From the NCBI RefSeq assembly GCF_006345805.1, contig NC_042997.1, forward strand, positions 193,564,001 through 193,628,000: DNA of 64,000 nt. The letters are read 5' to 3'. The notes beneath the pieces are model-generated. The model searched no databases. It saw nothing but the letters and a program-made list of their open reading frames with translations, and had not been told where the DNA came from. Below, piece by piece: positions 1 to 13,499 of this stretch; position 1 is the first letter of the stretch, and every line of letters starts with the position of its first letter. The position numbers and the translations under genes are program-made. Source of the stretch: Octopus sinensis. Its lineage: Eukaryota.

Positions 1-76
1 TGATTTTTGCTACTAAGGTATCGGTTAAACTTTTGATTAATCTACTACAAGATTATTCATCTTTCTATTTCACATA

Positions 77-114
<38 letters not shown>

Positions 115-642
115 GTATATATATATGTATGTATGTATATATACTCATTTAGTTTGTCTATTGAATAGAATGCATTGACAGGATGATGGTGAATCATCTT
201 ATATGTGTCATGTTATTTTCTTCACCTTTTCTTTCTTCATCGACAGTGTACAACGATAAATCTCTGATGGGAACTCATAAATATACAGGAATTGTGATCT
301 TCAGGGGCCTTATATACAGTATGTTTATGACTTCCTTATTTCTGTTTGAAATAGGATTCTGTTCATTGAAGTGATTCTCTGCAATGTACGAAGTCCCATG
401 GATACGGGAGCAATTATTTACGTAATTGGTATTTCCGTGTGTACAGCGGTATGGCAGTGGCGGTGGTTTAGTAGGAGGAGTAGTAATAGTAGTGACAATG
501 AACGTGGTAATAGTTATAGGAAAAATCATTGTGGTTCCAACTGTGTGACTTTGATGGTGGTACATTAGTAGATTTGCTGTAGATGACAGCTGTAGTGGTT
601 AGACGTCAGATAAAATGTTTAGAGGCATCTTCTGGCTTTAAG

Positions 643-992
643 CTAAGTGTTCAAATGCCGCCGAAGTCGACTTTGCTTTTCATTCTTTCGAGGTCGATAA
701 ATTAAGTACCAGTGAGACACTGGGGTCGATGTAATCGACCAGTCCCCTTCCCCAAAATTTCAGGCCCTGTGACTTTAGAAGAAAGGCTCATTTTAACAAG
801 CCAGACTAAATGCTTAGCGGCATTTCGTCCGTCTTTATGTTCCGAGTTCAAATTCCGCTGAGGTCGACTTTGCCTTTCATCCTTTCGGGTTGGATAAATT
901 AAGTACCAGTTGCGTACAGGGGTCGATGTAAACGACTTAACCCCTCCCCACAAATTTCAGGCCTTGTGCCTATAGTAGAAAGGATTATTATT
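643..992 (+). mobile_element. Two adjacent partial copies of tRNA-derived SINE family A (B-tail variant)
   Basis: B-box-like GAGTTCAAATTCC, central GTCGACTTTGCCTTTCATCCTTTCGGG domain, tail CCTATAGTAGAAAGGATTATT. Confidence 0.85.
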
Positions 993-1097
993 TACGTTGT
1001 TTTTGCTTTGTTTTGTACGAGCTGTTTCGAGTCTCGCCCAGAGAACGCCAGACATAAGAAGTTGGACGCTTTACTATGGGTGTTATTTATGAATGAG

Positions 1098-1480
1098 GTG
1101 GTGCAATGGCCCAGTGGTTAGGGTAGCGGACTCGCGGTCATAGGATCGCAGTTTCGATTCCCAGACCGGGCGTTGTGAGTGTTTATTGAGCGAAAACACC
1201 TAAAGCTCCACGAGGCTCCGGCAGAGATGGTGGTGATCCCTGCTGTACTCTTTCACCACAACTTTCTCTCACTCTTACTTCCTGTTTCTGTTGTAGCTGT
1301 ATTTCAAAGGGCCGGCCTTGTCACTCTCTGTGTCACGCTGAATATCCCCGAGAACTACGTTAAGGGTACACGTGTCTGTGGAGTGCTCAGCCACTTACAC
1401 GTTAATTTCACGAGCAGGCTGTTCCGTTGATTCGGATCAACCGGAACCCTCGTCGTCGTAACCGACGGAGTGCTTCCACA
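1098..1480 (+). mobile_element. tRNA-derived SINE family B
   Basis: Head GGTGCAATGGCCCAGTGGTTAGGG..GTTTCGATTCCC (A/B boxes); body shared with 10488, 40977, 42155, 46225; tail shared with family C. Confidence 0.85.
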
Positions 1481-1956
1481 TTTATGAATAAGAATGATAT
1501 ATTGCAAGGGAAGGAGACCAGGATCTGGGAACTAAGATTAGTAAATTTGTAAAATTTCAGTTTTGAAATAATTTTAAGAGAATCGGGTATTTTCAAGTTG
1601 ATAATATTTTTCTTCTACGTTTTGTAGTCCTGAGACTTTTGGATTTCCTGGCATTTGGTCACAGTGTTTAGGGTACAGGTGTTGCTCTTAGATGCCACAT
1701 TTTTGAGACCTCTATTTCAAGATCCTTGTATTTACTTAACTTTTAAAATGTTTTTCAAAAATGTTGCAATGTGCTGGGATTGAAATATCTGTGGAAAGGA
1801 ATGTTTTGTCAACATGTTTTTTTTTACCACAATATCTGATCTCAATACCATGGTCAGCTTCAATACTTAGTTCACAAAGAACGGTGATATCTTTATTTTC
1901 TACTACTTTGGTAGGCTTATGTTCCCACCATTTCTAATATTATTAGGGTGGCATGC

Positions 1957-2355
1957 GGGCAGAATGCTTAGTTGCATTTCATCTGTTTTTACATCCTGAG
2001 TTCAAATTCCACCAAGGTCGACTTTGCTTTCGTCTTTCGGGGTCGATAAAATAAGTATGAGTCGAGCACTGGGGTCGATATAATCGACTAGTCTCCTTCC
2101 TCCGAAATCAAGCCTTCTACCTGTAGGAGAAAAATTTGTTATTATATGGGCGGCAAGCTGGCGGACTCACTGGCACGTCGGACAAAATGCTAACTAGCAT
2201 TTCGTCCGTCCTCACGTTTTGAGTTCAAATTCGCCGAGGTCGACCTTGCTTTTCATCCTTTTGAAATCAATAAAATAAGTACCAGTTGAGCAGCGGGGTC
2301 AAGGTAATCGACTATCCCACCAAAATTTTAGGCCTTATCCCCGTAATAGAAAGGA
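1957..2355 (+). mobile_element. Two diverged SINE family A copies
   Basis: Same head and central domain as other family A copies, more substitutions. Confidence 0.8.
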
Positions 2356-3255
2356 TTAAAGGCATTTCGGGCATGACCATCCCGTCGTTTTTTCCATATA
2401 TTTCGGACTACATTAACCAGTACGTTTTTTTCCCCTTTGAAGACAGTAGTTTTTGTTTGAATTGGTTACTATTTCTAGCAGTTTGGTCGATCACCAACGG
2501 TCTTTCTCATTGTTTCAGAATACTTATCGTATTTCAACAAGATACTTCATTCATTAACATGAATTTTATCAATTTGATTACTTTTTATTTATTAATTGAA
2601 CTTTTTCGAATTACTCCATCACAAATAAATTCATCACTTTATAATCCCCCGAACAAATTATTTATTGATGTACAAATTATCGGCAGAAACTTCTTTAATT
2701 ACTTCATTAGTCTTGTTAATTAATTATTTTCAATCTTATAGGATTAATTCCTTATCTATTTAGGACTATTAGTCATTTAGTCACACCATTCTCATTATTT
2801 CTCTTCCCCACCATTAATTTACTCTGGTGCTCAATCACTTTTCTCAAATCCCTCCACTCCACCATCCATAGTGGTTCACTGTGGTTTGTCCCTGTCGTCG
2901 GAGTCTACTCCTTCCTTCTGGCACATCGTGGATACTGGAACACAGCCGGATTATTGTAACTGTTTTGTATGGTTGACAAAGACAGTGGCGAGAGCTGATA
3001 AGAAAGTAGCTTTGTGCAATAATAAATCAACATTTACGTTTATATCTGCGAGGATGGCAAGGCGGGACCGTGGGGAGAAGCCAGCATCCACCATCCGCCT
3101 CGTTTTTAATCATCCCATGCAAAAACAGTATCGTTCTTCTGAACCATATTGTCTCTGTCTTGCATTCTGGACAAGATAGAAACGAAAGCTGGCAGACGAC
3201 CAAATTTCTGTATTGGTTGAGCCGTGTGTGTTTACGTCGTCTGTGGACTGCAGGG

Positions 3256-3256
<1 letters not shown>

Positions 3257-3288
<32 letters not shown>

Positions 3289-3321
3289 GTATGTATGTGT
3301 GTGTGTATGTATGTGTGTGTG

Positions 3322-3353
<32 letters not shown>

Positions 3354-3506
3354 TGTATGCATGCATGCATGCATGTATGTATGTATGTATGTATGTATGT
3401 ATGTGTGTGTATGTATGTATGTATGTATGTATGTATGTATGTATGTATGTATGTATGTATGTGTGTGTGTGTTGTGTGTATGTATGTATGTGTGTGTGTG
3501 TGTATG

Positions 3507-3541
<35 letters not shown>

Positions 3542-3761
3542 GTGTGTGTGTGTGTGTGTATGTATGTGTGTGTGTGTGTATGTATATATGTATGTGTGTG
3601 TCTGCGTGTGTGTGTGTGTGTATGTATGTATGTGTATGTATGTGTGTGTGTATGTATGTATGCATGTGTGTGTGTGTGTGTATGTATGAGTGCTTATGTG
3701 TTTGCGTATTGTAATGTGTATGCATGTGTCTGTATTGGGATCTGTGTATGTCTGAATTGTG

Positions 3762-3795
<34 letters not shown>

Positions 3796-3800
3796 TTGGA
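3257..3800. repeat. Compound (TATG)n/(TG)n microsatellite
   Basis: Direct reading; source of the HT/CV ORFs. Confidence 0.97.
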
Positions 3801-4459
3801 AATAATGACGTGTGTATGCATGGGTCTGTACATTGTAATATATTTTGCACGTGTTCGTGAATGGTGACTTGTGTATATGATGTGTGTATGCATGTGTCAA
3901 CGTACTGTAATGTGTGTATGTCTGTGTACTGTGATTTGTATGTCTGAATTGTGTATGTATGTATCTACGCATTGCGACGTGCATGTACTTATATATTTTT
4001 GTTATGTGTGTATATATATATATATATGCATGGTGTGCGAGTCAACCTGTTGTGATGTATGAGTGTGTACATTGCTTGTTTGTATGCATATATTTGTACA
4101 GTGATGTGTATGTGTGTATTGTGATTTGTATGTGTGTGTGTGTGTGTGTATTGAGGTGTGAGCATGAAAGTATTGTGGTGTGTGTGTGTGTGTGTGTGTA
4201 CTGTGATGTGTGTGCATCGCGATGTGTCTGTGATTTTGCAATGTGTAGCTATATGTGTTAGTATTTTGTGATATGTTTGTATGTGTGTGTGTGTGTGTGT
4301 GCGTGTGTGTGTGAGTGCTGGAATTGGTGGTGGAAGGAATTATCAAGGCAAGAATAAATGGAAACGCAAACAAGGGAGAAATTATAAAACGGTAACAGCA
4401 TGGCTCGAGAGAATGTAAGAATGTAAGAATGTAAGAATGAGAGATAGACAGAAAGAAAA

Positions 4460-4497
<38 letters not shown>

Positions 4498-5090
4498 AAA
4501 GAGAGAATGATAGGGAGAAAGAAAGACTCCAGACATAAAGATAGAGAAATAGAAAAAAAGTTAAAGATACGTAGAGAGTGTCTGAGACGGAGATTTGTGC
4601 GTGCGCGTGTGTCATTGAAGATAGAGAGGGAACGAGAACTTGGGAAAGAGACCGTATGAGGGAATAACATAGAGATAGAGAGGAGGTGTGTGTGTGTGTG
4701 TGTGTGTGTGCGTGTAAGAGTGAATGATAAAATTGAGTGTATGGGAGAGTTGTATGGGAGAGTAAGAAAGTAAGGTGAAGATAGCAACAGATAGTTTCAA
4801 AAAGAAAATTGAGAGAACAGCAATTTATAAAAGTAAACAGTGGTGGTCGTGGATGTGGTGGATGTGGTGGTAGTGGTAGTGGTAGTGGTTGTGGTGGTGG
4901 TGGTGGTAGACGATGATGGCGATGATTGCGACGATGAAGAATAACGACACAAAAGATGGGAGATATTGAAGATGAGGATGATGAGGATCAAGGAAATTAT
5001 GAAAAGGGAAGAAAAGATGTAGAAATGAAACGAACAGCTGTACAAGCTGTGTATATACATGCATGTGCACGCACGTATGTATAAATTGAC

Positions 5091-5121
<31 letters not shown>

Positions 5122-5198
5122 CACACACACATATATATATATACATACACACACACATATATATATACACACACACACACATATATATATATATACAT

Positions 5199-5229
<31 letters not shown>

Positions 5230-5622
5230 CATACACACACATATACACACACACATATATATACACACATACACACACACATATATATGTATATATATGT
5301 ATATATATATATCTTTATCTGTCTATCTATCTATGCACACATACGCATGCGCACACACGTAAATATTTCTTACATATATATAGTATATGGTATGTATCAC
5401 ATTTAAGAATAACCGTTCGCTATGAAGAGCGACTTACACTTGCAACTATGTTGGCCTTAAGCTGGATTCTGATAATCTTATTTCAATGTTATCTATCGGC
5501 ATACAACTAAATCATAATAGTGTGTCGCAGAGACATCTGCCACCAGTGGAATAGAAGAATGGAAAACAGAACAATGCATTCCTTCCTTCCTTCCTTCCCT
5601 TCCTCCTCTCCTTCAAATGCAT

Positions 5623-5668
<46 letters not shown>

Positions 5669-5814
5669 GTATATGTATATATATGTATATGTATATATAT
5701 GTATATGTATATATATGTATATATATATATATATATATGTATGTATATGTATATATATGCATATATATGTATGTATGTATATGTATATATATGTATGTAT
5801 ATATCTTAAAAAAA

Positions 5815-6132
5815 ACTCCGCCGGTTACGACGACGAGGGTCCCAGCTGATACGATCAACGGAACAGCTTGCTCGTGAAATTAACGTGCAAATGGCTGAGC
5901 ATTCCACAGACACGTGTACCCTTAACGTAGTTCTCGGGGATAATCAGCGTGACACAGAGAGTGACAAGGCTGACCCTTTGAAATACAAGTACAACTCATT
6001 TTTGCCAGCTGAGTGGACTGGAGCAACGTGAAATAAAGTGTCTTGCTCAAGGACACAACGCGTCGCCGGGAATCGAACTCACAACCTTACGATCATGAGC
6101 CGAATGCCCTAACCACTAAGCCACGCGCCCTC
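5815..6132 (-). mobile_element. tRNA-derived SINE family C
   Basis: Minus strand GGCGCGTGGCTTAGTGGTTAGGG..GAGTTCGATTCCC, CCAGTCCACTCAGCTGGCAAAAATGAGT domain; homologues at 23405, 32750, 60795. Confidence 0.85.
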
Positions 6133-6265
6133 ACATGTATATATGTGTATATGTATATGATATATATATGTATGTATGATGTATATATATATGTATAATA
6201 TATATGTGTATGTATATATATATGTATAATATATATGTGTATGTATATATATGTGTATGTATATA

Positions 6266-6308
<43 letters not shown>

Positions 6309-6446
6309 ATATATATGTGGTGTCTATATGTATATATATATATGTTTATGTATATATATATATATGTTTATGTATATTAATATATATATGTATATGTATA
6401 CACGCGCTCATAAATGCCGGTATATCGATCGATCGCTCTCTTGTTG

Positions 6447-6501
<55 letters not shown>

Positions 6502-6833
6502 ATTATATAAAATACACACATTCACTTCACATACATACGATGGTTATGAAGATGCTGACGCAGGAATAGTCACCGTGGTTAGTGCTCACTGAGTTAAACT
6601 TTTAAAATCCAACTTCTTCGCATTTAGCCACCACTTCTCACCGTGTTATTATAGTGTCTGATGCATGAAGGCGCTTACGTAGTATCTTGGGTTCGTGTAT
6701 TTTGTTATTATGTTTGATTATGTGTTTGGTGATGTGTGATGTCTTGGTTGCAAAGAGTGATGCATATAGACAGACATCATCTGTTGGTAGTGTTAGGGAG
6801 TAATGAAGTATAGTATTGTATAGAAGGAAGAGG

Positions 6834-6865
<32 letters not shown>

Positions 6866-6912
6866 AGAGAGTCAAATCCTGAAGACATCTCGGAGCAGGT
6901 CAAAGCTGACAA

Positions 6913-7330
6913 GGCGGCGAGCTGGCAGAATCGTTAGCACGCCGGGCGAAATGCGTAGCCGTATTTCGTCTGCCGTTACGTTCTGAGTTCAAATTCCGCC
7001 GAGGTCGACTTTGCCTTTCGTCCTTTCGGGGTCGATTAAATAAGTACCATTTGCGCACTGGGGTCGATATAATCGACTTAATCCATGTGTCTGTCCTTGT
7101 TTGTCTCCTCTCTGTGTTTAGCCCCTTGTGGGTTGTAAAGAAATAGGTATTTCGTCTGCCGCTACGCCCTGAGTTCAAATTCCGCCGCGATCGATTTTGC
7201 CTTTTATCCTTTCGGGGTCGATTAAATAAGTACCAGTTGAGCACTGGGGTCGATGTAATCGACTTAATCTGTTTGTCTGTCCTTGTTTGTCCTCTCTGTG
7301 TTTAGCCCCTTGTGGGTAGTAAAGAAATAG
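6913..7330 (+). mobile_element. SINE family A dimer (head + two ~186-bp units) with 16-bp TSD
   Basis: AGGTCAAAGCTGACAA at 6897-6912 and 7329-7344; unit restarts GTATTTCGTCTG at 6961 and 7147. Confidence 0.92.
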
Positions 7331-7823
7331 GTCAAAGCTGACAAAATGAAGAACAGAGATGATTATCGACCGGCGCGAGTTTTAGTGCGATTGAGAATAC
7401 TATTTATCCAAGAGATGAGACATGTGGAACTCGAAAGCGGGCAGTTTTGTCAGGAGATTCGTATGTCATACACGGGTGACAACATTAAATGATGAGTGAT
7501 AGAGGAGCGTAGGTTACCAGAGGATATGGCTTTACGGAAACTACACTGGTGAGTCGTTAAAAAGGGAGAGCAATTCAAGGTGCTAGAGGACGTCGTTGAA
7601 AATGAGTACGATCGGGTGGTAGCTGAAGGATCACAGAGGTTGCACAATACAAGGGTACACCTTTGATGCAAGTTTGATGAAGTGCCACTCTCATGTCTAA
7701 ATCCGCAAAACATTAGGGTTAGGGCTTTCACTTCAAACTTTTGGTGCAAGCAGAGTTGGTACAGAAACAATTATAACGAATAATTAAAGATGTGTTAAAG
7801 GAACTCTTAGTTTTATTGTTTGG

Positions 7824-7907
<84 letters not shown>

Positions 7908-7914
7908 CGTGTAT

Positions 7915-8109
7915 AGATATTACTTGTATTATTACACAAGTGCCGAAACAAGGAAAACAAGCTTAGAGAAATTTATAAAAATATAGATATCTTCGAAAAA
8001 TGATTCTTCCTTCATCAGCGAGGAACACAAAATAACTATATTTTTATGAATTTCTGTTAGCTTGCTTTCCTCGTTTCGGCACGTTGTGTAATAATTCAAG
8101 TGGAAATAT
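7915..8109. repeat. Imperfect inverted repeat (~70-bp arms) with a degenerate hammerhead-like loop on the minus strand
   Basis: Arms ~7915-7986 and ~8037-8109; loop on minus reads CTGATGA-A-GGAA..TTTC-GAAG-ATATCT. Confidence 0.7.
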
Positions 8110-8279
8110 TTTATGTGGTTAGAAGATTTAGCGTCTATTTTTCAGCTTAGTAGCAAAGAAAAAACAATTTTTTTCCTTTTGTCCTCATTTATAATTGTAT
8201 AATTTTCACCTTACAAAGTATTTTTCATATTCTGGCCACTGACAAAATTTTTAAATAAAATTTTATCCTTATATGAAAA

Positions 8280-8329
<50 letters not shown>

Positions 8330-8397
8330 GTTTCTCGTTGAGTTCTACGTCTAGTTGTGGTGTCCTGTACTCACGTGTATATATATTTATATATGCA

Positions 8398-8788
8398 CTA
8401 GCAGTATCGCCCGGCGTTGCTCGGGTTTGTAAGGGAAATACTATATAAGCATTTTAGAGAGTTATAGCCAAAAAATAGCAAAAAAATGCATTAAAATTGG
8501 AAAAAAATTAAGGTAAATTTTTTTTTAATCGTTGACACATCGTAGATATTTTTAGAGAGTTACTTCCCTTATATAAAAGCGAAAAAAATGCATTAAAATT
8601 GAAAAATATGATGGTAAATTTTTTAAAATCGTAGACTCATCGTAGACGCGCGCTAATACCCAGAAGGGCTCGATATGAATTACGACTATAAGATACCCGC
8701 TTTTGGTTAAACTGCACCGCAAATGTGGGAGTAGTTAGGAATCTAAATCGTAGGAGACAGACACCACACAACTTCACTCTCTATAAGA
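8398..8788 (-). mobile_element. Non-autonomous Helitron family H1
   Basis: On minus: 3' hairpin CCCGAGCAACGCCGGG then CTAG|T; near-identical to 29038-29432. Confidence 0.88.
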
Positions 8789-8849
8789 ATGCTTTTTTTT
8801 TTTGTTCAGTCATAGAGTTAGATTTATGAAGGTTTTCAGTAAGAAATCC

Positions 8850-9122
8850 TTCTAATTCTGACTCGCTGCTTGATATAATGAAATTCGTATCCTTTTTTGT
8901 CAGAATTACAAATTTTGAAAACACAATAGGAACAAATTTCGGAAAAAAATCTCCCATAATTCACGGAATTAAAATTACACTTCGATTTTTCTACAAAACT
9001 GTAGTTGAAGTGTTTACGAAGTATAATACGTGTTTTCACGAATGTACTAAAGAGATTTGCTCTGATATTCTCATTTAAATATGAATAGGTAAATTCGGGC
9101 GGCTTGGTAACGAAAGGGTTAA
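8850..9122. mobile_element. piggyBac-like MITE end
   Basis: Ends GTAACGAAAGGG|TTAA; same terminus at 28914-28929. Confidence 0.5.
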
Positions 9123-9489
9123 ACGGATGCATACATTTATTAATCTCTTATTATAATAACTATATATAAGTGTCGTCTGTTTATACATAAACACTGTTTC
9201 ATACTGCAATTATATATACATATATCTATTATATAATAAAAATAATATACAGAGTAAAATAAAAACCAATTTACCTTTTCTGTCCGTCCGTGTGTCTTTG
9301 CAAATGTGTTGGAATGATAAGTGAGTTGTGATTTGGCGCCTTTTTTACTAATAACAAACACACACGTGTTGTATGTAGTTGTTGTGTATGTAGTTGTATG
9401 TGTATGTAGTTGTATTAGTTGTATATATATGTGTATGCGTGTGTGTGAGGAATGACACACACACAACTCACGCACGCACACATGTACAT

Positions 9490-10016
9490 CAATGCTTTCG
9501 GAGTGATATGTTAAAATATTGAGTTTTCTCGAATTTTGTCTTAATTGGTGGTAAAATTGAAAGAAATTTTTTATGGCATCACCCACTGAAGTACTCTGAA
9601 AAATCTTAGGTAAATTCTAATTGAAGAAATTGTGTGAGGAGTAAATGGTTATGTATTTATTTGTTTCTGTTTGCTGTGTTTTTTATTTTTTTGAGTAGTG
9701 GTTTAAATACTTTCAGTTTAGTCTTCCTCAAATCACTCTGTCGCTATTTACTTTCATTTTATTCGTTGCACACTGTGTGTGTGCGTTTGCGTGTGGTGTA
9801 AACCAGACTAAGAAAAGCATTTGACACACACACCAGAATGTGAGTTTTCTGTAAATTTTGCTTAATTGGAGTTTAAATTTTAAAAACTGGACCTGGCATG
9901 ACGCGATGCATTCTACTCTTAAAAATGCTAGGTAATTGTAATTGAAGAAATCCTATATTGTAGATTTCTATAACTCCCAAAGGGAGGCAGATAAAATCTG
10001 CCTTTTATAATAGAGA
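9490..10016 (-). mobile_element. Helitron-like family H3, 5' part
   Basis: On minus starts A|TCTCTATTATAAAAGGCAG; homologous to 27968 onward; left boundary approximate. Confidence 0.7.
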
Positions 10017-10380
10017 TGTATATATACATGTAGATTATTTACGTACATATATGTTGTATGTATGCATATATTTTATTATTACACTATATATATAATATAG
10101 AGTATATATATATATAATATATGTGTGTGTGTGTGTGTGTGTGTAGTTGACAAGGAGTTAAGAATCCATGTAAATCAAAGGCGATAGTGAAGAAGTAAAG
10201 GTGGACAGTATGTTTAAAAATATGTCCATGTTATCAAATATTACAAATTTGTAGAATTTGATAAGATGAACATACACACCGAAACCGGTCATAGTTTATG
10301 ACAGTCACTTAATTTAACAAATATAGAATAATCTTTCAACATACGTGCTGTTTCTACCATAACTTTTTAACACACAAACA

Positions 10381-10447
<67 letters not shown>

Positions 10448-10487
10448 CTCTCTCTCTCTCTCCACTCACACACACACACATATGTGG

Positions 10488-10795
10488 AGGCGCAATGGCC
10501 CAGTGGTTAGGGCAGCGGACTCGCGGTGGTAGGATCGCAGTTTCGATTCCCAGATCGGGCTTTGTGAGTGTTTATTGAGCGAAAACACCTAAAGCTCCAC
10601 GACGCTCCGGCATGGAGTGGTGGCGATCCCTGCTGTACTCTTTCGCCACAACTTTCTCGCACTGTATCTTCTGTTGGCCTGCTCGCTTAGCTAGCGGGGT
10701 GGCATTATTTGAAGGCTAAAACAATGCGAAGCGCATTGTGACCAGCGATGTGTAGCAACATCTGATAGCCTGGTCGGTCACGGTAATCACGGTGA
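10488..10795 (+). mobile_element. tRNA-derived SINE family B
   Basis: Head GGCGCAATGGCCCAGTGGTTAGGGCAGCGGACTCGCGG. Confidence 0.85.
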
Positions 10796-11106
10796 TATAT
10801 ATATATATATTCTTTTACTTGTTTCAGTCATTTAACTGCAGCCATGCTGCAGCACCTTCTTGAAGAATTTCAGCCGAACAAATCGACCTCAGGACTTATT
10901 TTTAAAGCCTAGTATTTATTCTATCGGAAGCTTTTGCCGAACTGCTAAGTTATAGGGACGTAAACACACCAACACCGGTGGTGGGGGACAAGAGAGTGAC
11001 AAATAGGATAAGTACCAGGCTTAAAAATAAATACTGAGGACATTTCATTCGACTAAAATTTTTCAAGGCGGTACCCCAACATGACCGCAGTCTATTGACT
11101 GAAACA

Positions 11107-11142
<36 letters not shown>

Positions 11143-11291
11143 ATGTATGTACTGTGCATGTTTGTGAGTACGTATTCTTATATTAAAGAAAGGGTAAGTA
11201 GGATAGACAGATATATAATGAGATCGTTTGGTTCTTTTTTTATGAACAACTGTTTCCTTTCGTGTCAAAGTCCCCCAAATAAATAAGTATA

Positions 11292-11596
11292 CAGTGATCC
11301 CTCGCCATATCGCGGTTCACCTATGGCGCACTCAGTACATCGCAGTTCATCTATCGCTGACTCAGTACATCGCAGTTCATCTATCGCTGAATCAGTGCAT
11401 CGCGGTTCACCTATCGCGCACTCAGTACATCGCGGTTCACCTATCACGCACTCAGTACATCGCAGTTCATCTATCACTCACTCAGTAACACCGCAGTTCA
11501 CCTATCGTGCACTCAGTACATCGCAATTCACCTATCGCACACTCAGTACTTCGCGGTTCACCTATCGCGCACTCAGTACATCGCGGATTTTCCTAC

Positions 11597-11643
<47 letters not shown>

Positions 11644-11758
11644 CGGATTCCTCAGAATATCGTGGGCTTCTGCGGCCGTTAGGTATTTATATTGTTTTAA
11701 ATTTTATTTGTGTGGGAGGTTTTGAAACGTAACACATGCGATAGTCGAACGATTTCTG
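11292..11758. mobile_element. Tigger/pogo-like MITE with internal 30-bp tandem array
   Basis: TA|CAGTGATCCCTCGCCATATCGC ... GCGATAGTCGAACGATTTCTG|TA (imperfect TIRs, TA flanks); ~9 copies of CATCGCRGTTCAYCTATCGCGCACTCAGTA-like unit at ~11310-11585. Confidence 0.8.
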
Positions 11759-12320
11759 TATATCAATGCAATTTTTTTGTACAAATGTGTACATGTACCC
11801 CCACCCACCACCACACGTATTTATGTATGAATACATACATCAGCGCACATGTTTATGTATGAGTATGAGTGTCCTTGGCGTATGCATCTGTGCGTATGCT
11901 TGCATGTTTATGCGTATAATCTCTACAACTTTCATGAATAAATATGACATGGCTGTAAATTTGCACAAATTTACATAATATATTATCCTCATCCGCTCAC
12001 AATTTTACAAATAACACACTGTAACATTGCTATACGAATAAGCCCAACGGATAATCATGTAAATGTACATCTACATACACTTGATGTGTACATAATTGCA
12101 TATATGGCACCAAGGATAAGTATTTGGTTACATCTACACACACACATATACTCACTCTGCCTAATTTTCTCATTATTTTCTCAATTTATTGTTCTTTAAA
12201 TTCTATCTGTAGATTGCATTGTTTTTTACCCGATAACTGATAACCCAACTATATTTTATATATAATTATACTCCACATGTCTCTTATAAATCACCATACG
12301 TATGGTGTGTGGTGTTATAT

Positions 12321-12356
<36 letters not shown>

Positions 12357-12395
12357 TATATAGTTATATCTACTATCTATTGATGTAATATATAT

Positions 12396-12428
<33 letters not shown>

Positions 12429-12584
12429 TATATATAATATATATCTATATCATCTATCGATTGTTATATATATATATATATTATATATATATCTATCTAT
12501 CTATTGATGTATATATATATATATATATTATATATATATATACTATATTTATATCTATCTATCTATTGATGTATATATAAATAT

Positions 12585-12631
<47 letters not shown>

Positions 12632-13338
12632 TTTTAGAGACAGAACCACATTCCACTCAATCAACACTGAAAGATTTTATACCCGACCCTCAATAAAATG
12701 TTAAATATAATCTTATACTAACTATTCATTCTGAATCCTGTATTTTCCGTTTATAAGACTACACGTGTTTCATGAAAGTACGTCGGTATTGATTAGTTAC
12801 GTGGTATCTAGTTTTGATACTTAATCAGGTCGACATACTCCCAATCTTCAGGTCTGGATTCCTCAATATTTTTCACTATCCATCCCTCTTATATGCCTCC
12901 ATGATATTCTATAACATCAATATAATCTTATTTAACATATACCAATGAATAGAAATACAAATAATAGATAAAAATAATAAATGAATGTTAAAAGCTTAAG
13001 GAGTAGCAATTTAAGGAATAAAAATTCAAGGAATAAAAATTTAAGGAAAAAAATTAAAGAGAAAAAATACTAGTAAAAATTATGAATAAAAATTACGAAT
13101 AAGAAATAAAGAATTGCGAATAAACAAATACGAAATAAAAATGAAATAATAATAAAATAAAAATAGAGGCAAAAATAAAACGAATGTTAACTTTTCTTTT
13201 CTTTCTTCGGCGAAAATGAGACATAGCTACATCTTGCTAAAAAGGTAAAATCCGCGTTTGGTAATACCTATGTATAGGATGTACAACAAATAAATGTCAG
13301 AAAGTTCTACTGGTGTATCTATTCCTTTATATAGTACA

Positions 13339-13499
<161 letters not shown>

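Noticed and set aside
1098-1170. tRNA genes at SINE heads
   Set aside because: A/B boxes are present, but I could not fold a cloverleaf; each continues into a repeat body.
2286-2723. 145-aa ORF
   Set aside because: Starts in a SINE tail with TTG and continues through T-rich sequence; no motif.
3035-3252. Minus-strand CAG...GTAAAT candidate exon
   Set aside because: The acceptor abuts a microsatellite with no pyrimidine tract, and the peptide is unrecognisable.
3027-5877. Long ORFs rich in HT, YI, CV (also at 13.3-14.3, 25.5-26.5, 34.7-35.4, 39.4-40.2, 47.4-51.2 kb)
   Set aside because: Translations of CA/TA/TATG microsatellites, which lack stops in several frames.
10255-10296. CCGAAACCGGTC with upstream AAGATG
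   Set aside because: Penelope-type 3' half only; the CUGA core is destroyed.
11310-11585. 30-bp array as CRISPR
   Set aside because: No unique spacers, lies inside a TA-flanked MITE, eukaryotic context, no cas genes.
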